Below are positions 27,252 through 40,500 of a stretch of 64,000 nucleotides of DNA, piece after piece. The notes below the pieces were generated by a model, which searched no databases, had not been told where the DNA came from, and saw only the letters and a list, made by a program, of their open reading frames with translations. Position numbers and translations under genes: made by a program. The first letter of the stretch is position 1. Every line of letters starts with the position of its first letter. This stretch comes from Octopus sinensis (taxonomy: Eukaryota), in contig NC_043017.1 of the NCBI RefSeq assembly GCF_006345805.1, positions 18,600,001 through 18,664,000 of the forward strand, in the 5' to 3' direction.

Positions 27252-27720
27252 AAAAGGGTAAATAATTTTTCCGTGGTTTTTCGTACAACCAACAATTATT
27301 TACCGGTAAATTTTGGTATGTAAATATGACTTTTAGCATCAGGAACTTCTGTAGAGTTCAGTATATAGTAAATATAAAAAGGGCAGGCAACAAATATATA
27401 TATATATATATATATTATGTAAGATATAAGTTAGAGGTATTGAAACCATCTAAGGGATAGATGTATCCAGAGGCACTCCTGGTAATTACCTCAGTATGTA
27501 TGGTCCTTGTTATAAGGTATACGGTAATAGGTAATATAAAGGTAAACTGTAGTTTAATGTATATAAAGACAATAAGAAAATGGAGAAATAAATAACAATG
27601 AAAAGTGGATCTTTGGTGTTATAAAACCATTATTTAATTAATTAAGTATTAATTGATTAATTAAATAATGGCTTTACAACACCAAAGAACCACTTCTTAT
27701 TTATTTTTCCATTTTCTTAT

Positions 27721-27791
<71 letters not shown>

Positions 27792-28202
27792 AAATAATTG
27801 AGACTCAGTCGAATTAGTTACTTAAGTTGAAGCACCAAGTCAGCCTGGTATTGTGCAGCTGAAGATGGTACTGCATTTAAACTGATGTAATGATTGCATT
27901 GCTCAATTAAATGGAGCCACTTGAAATGGTCGTACTACATCACTACTTGATATCCTGTTGCTTATTTTGATGAGTGTATATATATATATCGAACACACAA
28001 GTACAAACAAGGGAGACAGAGAAAGGCAGAACGCCACTTATATTTGAACACTATACAAATATTCCTTTAAAAAAACTTTTCTTTTAATTTTTCTAAATTT
28101 AATTATTTAATCGTTACAGTTGATAAGGTCTCAAAATGACCGGAACCGGTACTGGAATGTTCTTTATAAAATTATTTTAGCATTTTCTATCTTGACTTGT
28201 TT

Positions 28203-28246
<44 letters not shown>

Positions 28247-28257
28247 TAATATTATAT

Positions 28258-28290
<33 letters not shown>

Positions 28291-28355
28291 TAATATATAT
28301 ATATATATATCTATATATATATATATATATATATATATCTATATATATATATATA

Positions 28356-28399
<44 letters not shown>

Positions 28400-28435
28400 T
28401 ATAATATATATATATATATATAATATATATATATA

Positions 28436-28478
<43 letters not shown>

Positions 28479-28496
28479 ATATATATATAATATATA

Positions 28497-28555
<59 letters not shown>

Positions 28556-31500
28556 ATATATATATATATATATACATATATACACACACATACATATATA
28601 TATACATATATATATATACACGCATATTATGTGTGTGTGTATATGTATATATACATATACACACACGTTATATATAGACTGCCTTACCTTGATTAAGTAA
28701 GTGAGAATGAGGCCGATTGATTCACCCTTTCTTTCGTAGGCTGCATAAAAACACACACCGAATATCACAAGACTACCAGCAAACTGGAGGAGGAAAGCAG
28801 ACCATCTGGAAAGAGAATCACCATTGTTATCATCATCATCTTCATCCTCATCACCACCACCACCACCACCACCACCATCACCAATAAACTGGCACTCCAT
28901 CAGTTATGACGATGAGGGTTCTAGTTGATCCGATCAAAGGAAGAGCCTGCTAATCAAATTAACGCACAAGTGGCTGAGTACTCCACAGACATATATACCC
29001 GTAACGTAGTTCTCAGGGTGATTCAGTGTGACACAGAATGTGACAAGGCAGGCCCCTTTTGAATTACAGGTACAATTCATTTTTGCCAGTTGAGTTGACA
29101 GAAGCAACATGAAATAAAGTGTCTTGCTGAAGGACACAACACACCACCAGGAATGGAACTCACAACCATAAAATCATGAGTTGCATAACCCCAAGCTACA
29201 TGCCTTCACTAGCATCGCCACTGCCACCACCATGATCCTCCTCATCAACTGCAACCATCATGATGCAGGTCATTATCATTTTCATCACCACCAACACTGA
29301 CAGAGCCACCACCACCCACACCTACCAACAATAGCATCACAGCCGTGTCAGCCTCCACACTACATCTACCAATATGACTTTACATCACCGATATTTACAC
29401 ACACCTACCAACAATAGCATCACAGCCGTGTCAGCCTCCACACTACATCTACCAATATGACTTTACATCACCGATATTTACACACACCTACCAACAATAG
29501 CATCACAGCCGTGTCAGCCTCCACACTACATCTACCAATATGACTTTACATCACCGATATTTACACACACTTACCAACAATAGCATCACAGCCATGTCAG
29601 CCTCCACACTACATCTACCAATATGACTTTACATCACCGATATTTACACATACCTACCAACAATAGCATCACAGCCGTGTCAGCCTCCACACTACATCTA
29701 CCAATATGACTTTACATCACCGATATTTACACACACCTACCAACAATAGGATCACAGCCGTGTCAGCCTCCACACTACATCTACCAATATGACTTTACAT
29801 CACCGATATTTACACACACCTACCAACAATAGGATCACAGCCGTGTCAGCCTCCACACTACATCTACCAATATGATTTTACATCACCGATATTTACACAT
29901 ACCTACCAACAATAGCATCACAGCCGTGTCAGCCTCCACACTACATCTACCAATATGATTTTACATCACCGATATTTACACATACCTACCAACAATAGCA
30001 TCACAGCCGTGTCAGCCTCCACACTACATCTACCAATATGATTTTACATCACCGATATTTACACACACCTACCAACAATAGCATCACAGCCATGTCAGCC
30101 TCCACACTACATCTACCAATATGACTTTACATCACCGATATTTACACACACCTACCAACAATAGCATCACAGCCGTGTCAGCCTCCACACTACATCTACC
30201 AATATGACTTTACATCACCGATATTTACACACCACTCCCCCATACCACCACCATGGCCAGCATACCACCTCCACAGTAACAGCACTGTGCCATCCTCATG
30301 TCAGCACCACCACCATCACTCCATCAACCACAAACTGACCTTCCTACTTACCTCTCTACTGTCATGATGGCATGGGCATACCTCTGCAGTTGGTCCATAC
30401 ACAGATTATTCTTCTTAACAAAGCTGCTCTCATTACTGAACGCTGCAATCACGTCACCTCCTGATTCCGTCTGTGCAATGTGCTCCAACAAATTTCTGGA
30501 GCACAAATTGTACATCTGGTTCAGTTTTATCACGACAGGGATGTAGATTATCTGAAACAAAGGAGGACAGGATCATCATCATTACCATCACCATCAGCAT
30601 CATTACCACCATTACCATCATCACCATCACAATAACATCATCATCAATCTTCTGGACATAACTGCCCTAAGTCCCAATACTTACAAAGCTGGTTTCCTGG
30701 CTTCCATAGCATCTAAGATCACATTTCCATCTGAATGCAATGACAGTCTGTCACAGAGTTACTCATGACTGGACCAGAGTCACATGAAATGAAGGGTTTT
30801 GTTCAAGAAAACAATGCACCAACCTGTCCAGGAATTGAAACTACAATCTTATGACTATAAATGCAAACGCTCTAATCACCAGGCCACATATCTCAATCCC
30901 TCAACATTACTGCCCCTAGCCCTACAACTCATAGAGCCAGTTACTAAGTTCCCATAGTGCATGTGGCCAAGATCATTACATAACCCCTAAATTGGAGTTA
31001 CCCATTTATGATTGAGTAGAGTGGAGTCATGAGAGGTGAAGTATTTTGCTCAACAATACCACCCGTCACCCAGGCCAGGAATCGAAACTATAATCTTGCA
31101 ATTATAAGTAGAACACTTTAACTACTGAGCCATAGCTATTTTACAGATCTATATCTAAGCATTTTAATAAAGAACATAAATATAAAATAATAATAAAAAG
31201 ATTAGGATAGGTTTTTCAGTATCTAAAAATTTGTTTACAATTATCTCCTCCTTTAATAATAAAAGTTTGGAAATTTTTATAATAAAATAAAATACCAATA
31301 ATATTACAGATAATGATCTAGCTAGAAACTATGATTGTAAATATAAGGATAAATATTTATTTAATAATTTTTGTTTACAGAATAATATTGTATATAGATG
31401 TAGGGTGGGTTCAGAATGCAAAAAATTTTTTACATAGGGTCTACGGAAAATTTTATTAAAAAACGGATAGCAAACCATGAATACACCTTTAGGAATAGAG

Positions 31501-31963
31501 ATAGTTTTAATAGTACTAGTCTAAGTAAACTAATTTGGGAACTGAGGGATAGTAAGAAATCTTACAAAATAATTTGAAAAATAATTAGTCATGCTAGATC
31601 ATATAAAATTAATGATGCTATATGAAACCTATGTATAGATGAATTATACCAGATATTAACATCTAAGAAGAAATTGCTTAATGAAAGACACAAGAGTGTT
31701 CTATCTTGTACAAACTATTCTAAATATGTGTTTAGAAAATTTATTTGAGTGTGTATATCTGTACTCATATGTATACATTTATTAATGTACATATATATGT
31801 ATATATGAATAACTATATGTTTGTGTATATGCATGTAAGCACTTGTATACATGGGCATATGTTATTATGTATTTATCTGATGCTATCGATATATCATTAT
31901 TCATATGTATGTGCTTCAGCGTGTATATATGAATGTACATGTATATATGTATATGTGTGTATA

Positions 31964-32038
<75 letters not shown>

Positions 32039-32140
32039 ATATATATATATGTATGTATATATATATATATGTATATATATGTATATATGTGTGTGTATAT
32101 GTATGTATATGTGTATAGATATAGATATGTATATATATAC

Positions 32141-32185
<45 letters not shown>

Positions 32186-32266
32186 CATATGTAAATTTAT
32201 TTATATATGTGTATATATATATGTATATGAATATATATCTATATATATGTGTGTGTGTGTATATAA

Positions 32267-32316
<50 letters not shown>

Positions 32317-33400
32317 GCACATATATAAAACATAACTCACCATTTGTATGATTAGGAAGATAATCAAGATAAAAATGATAGGAATTAGGTAATTCAATTG
32401 ACAACATATCAGTACGAACGTGGCAAATATATCAAAGAAGGCATTGCACCACATCTTGTAGGTGTTCAATAATTCTTCATCAATTTCTCCGAGGTTGTTG
32501 AAGAAATCATAATCAACTTGAAATTTGGAATTTTCAGAGAAGAAACTGAGAGGGGAAAGCAACAGAGATTCGATCATCTGCAGATGGATTTTTTTGTTGG
32601 CTCTGATGGCAAATAGGGTGGTGGTGATGTAGAACAGACCTAGCCAAATTGCTGCAATAAGAAACAACAAAAATAAATAAATTAATATATATATATATAC
32701 ACTCACACACATCATCATCATCATCATCATTGTTTAACATCCATTTGTACACATATACATGACAAGGCATAAATAATAGTTCTTATATATATTTCTTTAT
32801 TGTAGAAAATTTGACTTAATGCTATTTTCATATATATAAATATATATATATATAGAAATATAAAATGAGATAGGGGTTCTGCATTGAGTGTGAGTGTGTC
32901 TGTTGTGGTTTCTTGATGTTGGTTGAGGAGCTGTGGCGTTCAATATGGAACATTATTGTGTTTGTTGATGTATATTGATTTATATTGTTTATATTGTATT
33001 ATTGTGTATATGTATATATATGTAAGAATATGAGTATGTATGCACTCATATTTATATTTATATGTAAATTATTTTAGGGTTTGCATTAGAATCTCCGAAG
33101 AGGCCGTAAGATATTCTTGTTAATGTCTCATTTATACCTGCATTATATGGCTAATAGGTTAAATGAGACATACCTATCTTCATGGCCGAAACAGCTGTCA
33201 GTTATAATGTAAATGTATTTTTATATCTTGTTATATTTATTTAGTTATATCTCACCATATTGTTTGTAATTATTGTACTGTATTAATGTTTAATCTCACT
33301 GCTATTGTGTAGTGTTTTAATAAAGTATATGATTCGGTATTATCTGATAGTTGATGATTGATTTAGATATATTTCTCCATTTTCTCATTTTGTATATATA

Positions 33401-33480
<80 letters not shown>

Positions 33481-34061
33481 CAACTTATAAACAAGGGCAA
33501 AAGAAAAATTCTAATGCCAAATATGCCGAAAATAGACAAATCGTCAACAACCATATAATTTATAACTATAAGCATGAGTCTCGAAGTAAGCTGACAGAAA
33601 TTTCTAAAAAATTCCATTATTATCATATTGGTCCCAATCTCAGAGTTAATTCATAAGAATTTTCTCCTCTTCAGCAATAAATACGGTAAGAAATAAATGA
33701 AATACTTACTTATACTCATGGAAGAAGCAAACACTAAGTCATGAGCACACTTAAGTACCCCAAATATATCCAAACTAGAAATTCTCCAGCATACTCCGAG
33801 ACATGTGCGATCAGACTGAAAACTCTCATAGTGAGAGAGTCCGGAAGTGAAAACCTTTAAAGGTAATTTTCAATATGCTGGCCATTGATAGAATTTTTTT
33901 CAAAAAATTTTATCCTATATTAGATGTAAATTTTATACATATATATTGTTATAATAAAACCAGAATGACATATCAAAGGGCTGATTGAGTGTAAACTTGT
34001 CAATAACAAACATATACAGTCTGGAAATAAATAAATAAATAAATACATATATATACATATG

Positions 34062-34114
<53 letters not shown>

Positions 34115-34505
34115 GGTACAGGACTGGCTGTGTGGTAAGAAGCTTTTGCTTACCAACCACATGGTTCCAGGTTCAGTCTCACTGTGTGGCACCTTGGGCA
34201 AGTGTCTTCAACTATAGCCTCGAGCCGACCAAAGTCATGAGTGAATTTGGCAGACGGAAACTGAAAGCCTGTCATAAATATATGTGTGTGTGTGTGTCTT
34301 TGTGTCTGTGCTTTTCCCCTTACCAGCACTTGACAACCGACGCTGGTGTGTTTATATCCCTGTAACTTAGCGGCTCAGCAAAAGAGAACGATACAATAAG
34401 TACTAGGCTTACAAAGAATAAGTCCTAGAGTCAATTTGTTCGACTAAAGGCGATGCTCCAGCATGGCTGCAGTTAAATTACTAAAACAAATAAATGAGTA
34501 AAAGA

Positions 34506-34540
<35 letters not shown>

Positions 34541-37500
34541 GATGAGATGGACAAAATGCTTACTTCAAAATGCTGCTTACTTCAGCGTGATTTTTACAGC
34601 TGGATGACCTTCCTAATGCCAACCATTTCAGAGTGTACTGGATGCCTTTTATGTGACACCAGCATTGGTGCTTTTTACGTGGCACAGACACCAGTGGGGT
34701 TGACAAGTAACTTGCAAGATGAAGATCTCTCAGCTGGGACATGGAGTGGAACCGTGGGAAGTAGCTATTTGCCAGGCAAGAGGTTAGAGTATAATAGAGG
34801 GATAGAGATGGGAGTCTTCTTATACAGGAGATACTTGGCTACCCCAGTAGGAAAAGAGGGAGGAGGAAGGAGAGAGAGAGAGAGAGAGAAATAGATGGTA
34901 TTGGAGATGCATTATGACCTACCCACAAATAACAGTACAAGGGGGGTTAGAGGGGTATGTCACATAAAGGTGTGAGGGGAGATGTTCAAAGATGAGAAAG
35001 AGGTGACTGTAGCTAGTGATGGTGAGAGAAATTGGATTGGCTGGGATGAGGTATGGATGTGATAGAATGGAGGGTGTGTTTAGGGGGGGGGGCAATACAT
35101 ACCTTGAGTTAATCCAAACGACCCATAAATAAAGAGGTCATTAGACTCTGTATTATTGGCGAAGTCAGTTGTCCAGCCCTCCAGCTTCAAGCCACTGACC
35201 ACTTTGGTGGCTTGGTAGAATGCAGCCATCAGGAAAGTGACCAGAATACCAAACATTCCAACAATCTTCAAGTATTTGCGAAATTCTTGAGATTTCAATT
35301 CCTGTGGAAGAAGAAGAGGATAAACTGTGAAAAGTAGGTGGAAAATGGCTGTCCTTCAAGATGGAGACACACAGACACAGGCACACACAAAGACAGACAT
35401 ACTCAAAGCTTGTTCTTGGACCCATCGGAGCCTGTCTAACCATCCAACTATGACAGCATGGAATAATAATGCTAATTAATGATGACGATAATGTGCACAC
35501 ATAAAGACAAAGGTTTGTTATCATCATCATCATCATCATCATCACCATTTAATGTCCATTTTTCTAATACACTTGCATAGGTTAGATGGAGTTTATTGAG
35601 GCGAGTTTTCTACAGATAGATGTTCTTTCCATCACCAGCTCTCAACTGCTCGGCAAAATGCTTTGCGGTATTTCGTCTGTCTTGAGGCTCTGAGCTCAAA
35701 TTCCACTGAGGCTCACTTTGCCTTTCATCCTTTTGGGCTCACTTAAATAGGGACTAGTGAAACATCATCACCATCATCACCATCATCATGACGATTATTA
35801 TTATTATTATTATTAATATAGTTATTATTATTATTATCATTATTATTATTATCATCATTATTATTATTATTAATAATAATAGTATTATAGTTATTATTAC
35901 ATAGTTTTGAAGAGAATCGTCTGCTTCAATGGATGACATTTGCATACTTGCACCCTCCATGTAGACTTTTCTGGAAAGATCCCGTGCAAATCTGCAACAT
36001 AAAAGAGAAGATTACATCATCATTATCATCATTATCATCATGCATTGGTATCCATTATGAACGCACGCACACACACATGCACACAAGTACACACACGCAC
36101 ACACATATAGTTTTATAAGTGGTAAAGCATGAGAATCTCCGCCCTTGAGTTTCTGTTACTTATATATATATATATATATTAATATATATATTAATGATAA
36201 TATGTATGCGTGTGTGTGTATGTGTGTGCGTGTATGTATATTACACATTGTGATACTACTAAACTGGTGTAGAACTCAATATACGCATGCTTCTGAATGA
36301 AGTGTTGAGTACAGAGTGGTAACAAGAATAAAAAATAACAAAGGAATAAAAGATTATCTTATGAACTTCATCAGCTTACAGCTGTTTCCACTATAAGATG
36401 TGATGAACTCAGAGTTGAATACTTGAATAACACCTTACAGCTTCATCAGAACCTCAAACATGAAGTTATATATATATATATATATTAGTATAAGGTGTGC
36501 TATAAGCATTTATGTGGAGGCGCAATGGCCTAGTGGTTAGGGCAGCGGACTCGCGGTCGCAGGATCGCGGTTTCGATTCCCAGACCGGGCGTTGTGTGTG
36601 TTTATTGAGCGAAAACACCTAAAAGCTCCACGAGGCTCCAGCAGGGGGTGGTGATCCCTGCTGTACTCTTTCACCACTCTTTCTCCCACTCTTTCTTCTG
36701 TTGGCCTGCTCGCTTAGCCAGCGGGGTGGCGTCATTCTAAGGTTAAAACAATGCGAACGCATTGTGACCAGCAATGTGTAACAATATTTGATGGTCTGGT
36801 CGGTCACGTGATCACGTGATAAGCATTTATAGAACACATACCCTATATAACTCAACAAACAATTAAAGATGGAGAAGAAAAGATGTTTATATAGGATACA
36901 TGTTCTATAAATGATCATGACACACCTTATACTTGTAAAATTTTCATATTTAAAAAAAATACTTACAATAGTAAGCTACAAATTTAATATACTCTCTTTT
37001 TTACTTGTTTCAGTCATTTGACTGCAGCCATGCTGGAGCACCGCCTTTAGTCGAGCAAATCGACCCCGGGACTTATTCTTTGTAAGCCCAGTACTTATTC
37101 TATCAGTCTCTTTTTGCCGAACCGCTAAGTGACGGGGACGTAAATACACCAGCATCGGTTGTCAAGCAATGCTAGAGGGACAAACACAGACACACAAACA
37201 TATACATACATACATATATATATATATACGTATATACGACAGGCTTCTTTCAGTTTCCGTCTACCAAATCCACTCACAAGGCATTGGTCGGTCCGGGGCT
37301 ATAGCAGAAGACACTTGCCCAAGATGCCATGCAGTGGGACTGAACCCGGAACCATGTGGTTGGTTAGCAAGCTACTTACCACACAGCCACTCCTGCGCCT
37401 ATGAAGAACCTTTATCAGAAATCTAACTTTGGACTCTGCGCCAAAGTAAAAAGAAGAAACTGAACTCAACCTTTCTCACACACACATATATATATGCATA

Positions 37501-40500
37501 TATATATCATCATCATCATCATCATCATTGTTTTATCCAACAATAAAAACTGGATACCAGAATCATAGAAATACCTTCTGTATGACGAACTAATCTGTGC
37601 TCTTTTATAGAAACTTGTGAACCTTTTCTCAGCGCTGCCCTCTGCAAAGCTATAACACCTCTCTGTTAAGGGCATGGAAATAATATATGATGTGCGGTTT
37701 CTCCTGGTGTTTAGTTTTTGAAAAGTAGGGGTCAAATTTCGGGATGAACTCTTCTGAAGATGATCTGCTGCTACAAGGAACATTACAAAATTAAGAAGGA
37801 GTTAGGTGTAATTCAACAGAACAATTAAGAGAGTAGCTTCACCCAACATATTTCACTGGTACTTATTCAAGACAAATTTCCTTGTGATGACTCTATACTT
37901 TTAGAAATAACAGCCAAATATGTAATGGCAAGTATTTATTGACCTTTTTCTTTCCTTTAAAAATTGGCACGAACTTTCCGGACAACCCAATACATCCAAA
38001 GTAAATATCTCAATGAAAATTTTTAAAAGTTAAATATTTCAATTATACAGTTCTATATTTAAGAGATGAGGAATTATGTATATTATTTACATTTGACAGA
38101 TATTTGTCCTCATCTTGTTTGTTGTTAGCACAACATTTCGGCTGATATACCCTCCAGCCTTCATCAGGTGTTTTCAGGAAATTTCAAACCTGGGTTCTCA
38201 TTCCTAAGGTATTTTTTGATGTCGTCATCATCATCATCACCGTCGCCATCACCGTCACCACCATCATAATTATTATTATTCAAGTCACTGCCTGGAATCG
38301 AACTTGGCATGGCGTATTGGTTAAGAGCGTGGGCTACTAACCCCAAGATTCCAAGTTTGATTCCAGGCAGTGAGTTGAATAATAATAATAATAATAATAA
38401 TAACATAGGAATGAGAACCCACATTCGAAATTTCCCCAAGTCACCTGATGAAGGCTGGAGGGTATATCAGCCGAAACGTTGTGTTAACAACAAACAAGAT
38501 GAGGATAAATATCCGTCGAATAAAAATAATGTATTCACTTATGTTTATCACACAACTACAACATTCTTCCTTTTTCTTCAGTTTTCATAAACATCACAAC
38601 CTCTCACCTTCATGTTTTATTACAAACTTTCCTTTTGTATCCCTCTGCTCATCTTACAATTTTTTCAATGGTCTTTAGAAACAACACTGCTGAAATAATC
38701 CTGTCCCACTTTCTAAACATTCCTCCTTAATGTCTATTTTATACTGTCCTCTTCCTAAATTCCCCTCAACTCTTATTTTATATTGTTCTTTTCAGACGTT
38801 TTTAATTCATTTCTTTATATCCCCCTCTTATATACTCTCTTTTTACTCTTTTACTTGTTTCAGTCATTTGACTGCGGCCATGCTGGAGCACCACCTTTAG
38901 TCGAGCAAATCGACCCCGGGACTTATTCTTTGTAAGCCCAGTACTTATTCTATCGGTCTCTTTTGCCGAACCGCTAAGTGACGGGAACGTAAACACACCA
39001 GCATCAGTTGTCAAGCAATGCTAGGGGGACAAACACAGACACACAAACACATATACACACACTTATATATATACATATATACGACAGGCTTCTTTCAGTT
39101 TCCGTCTACCAAATCCACTCACAAGGCATTGGTCGGCCCGGGGCTATAGCAGAAGACACTTGTCCAAGATGCCACGCAGTGGGACTGAACCCGGAACCAT
39201 GTGGTTGGTTAGCAAGCTACTTTCATAAACACTCTTGTTCTTTCACCCTTGCCTCTCTTCCAGAACATCCTTTTTGGAAACAGTTTCTTCTCTTCATTCC
39301 TTTTAGTAACTCCCTTATCTTTCGCAAACATTTCACTCATTAAATCTGTCAGCCACTAAGTAATATCTCACTCTTTATAGAACAAAACTTAAACAAATGG
39401 ACACCAACAGCCTCAAATTTGTACTGAGCCAAAGTGATACTAGCAAAATGGAAAAGACACTTCAAAACTGGAAAATCAATGAATTTCACCTCTTTCTTCA
39501 AGCATATATCATGGTTAAAGGCTCACCACTAAATGGCCTAATAACAACAGCTCCAGAAGACAATGGTTTCCATAGGTCTGTAGCACAAATTGCATAGGAA
39601 AAACAGGCGTTCATATGCTCCTAGGCTCTTTTCAAGCAACATCTCAACCACCCAAATAGCATTATCAAAGAAATAGACAAAGTGGCCAATGAAGACACCC
39701 ACATGTTCTGAAACACATAACGGTCAAATTGACGACATCAAGAAAGCAACTATAAATGTCACATATCCTAAAAACAACACTGAAAGCAGCAATGGCTATA
39801 ATGCTAACGATCACAATCTCTGTTACTATAGCACCACCACCACCACCAACACTACCACCACCATCACCACCACTAGCAACCTTATCACAACACTACTTAC
39901 ATGCTTCCTCTCCAATTGACTTTATTTCCAGTTGTGAAGTGCTGGGCTTTGTGAGAAGTTCTTTGAAGCTTGAGGTGTGCTGGATTTGTCTGTAACATCC
40001 TTTCTCTACAATCTGGCCGTTGTCCATCACTATGACCTGGTCAGCTTCAGACAACCAATTACTGTTGGGTTCTGTGACAATGATTCTGGTCTGGAAGAAG
40101 AGGAGAAGAGTTGAGAGAGTGAGAAGCAAGTGAGAGGAGGGGGTATCAAGGAGGAGGTGGATGGGAAGGGTGAAGAGCAGAAAAGGTAAGAGGTGAGATG
40201 ATGATGAAGGGGAGGGTGATGGCAAGGTGGTGATGTGAGGAATGGGAGCGTGAGAGGAGTGAAGGGTAAGAAGAGAGGAGCCGGTAGGAAGGGTGGATGA
40301 TATTGAAGGGGAGGGTGACGAGCGGGATGAAGTCTGTTAATCATAGGCCTACTCAAACAGGACTGTCCTGGGGTTAAACAATGACAACTGCTTTTATAAG
40401 CAAGCTAAGAAAGTTCTATATTATTGCTTGACCTGTAAAAAATAGCAGTGAAATCTCCCTCAAATCACACCCGACTACTTTGAAAGAGGAAAAGATATAC

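Noticed and set aside
29321-30232. CRISPR-like regular array
   Set aside because: Units are contiguous and near-identical with no unique spacers. The context is a eukaryotic intron with no cas genes.
36516-36590. tRNA gene (also 16638-16710 and 38306-38370)
   Set aside because: A and B boxes are present, but there is no proper acceptor stem and the heads run into shared repeat bodies, so these are SINE heads.
39220-39780. Possible extra ABCC exon or coding remnant in non-repetitive intronic sequence
   Set aside because: No recognisable motif, and the flanking exons already join in phase without it.
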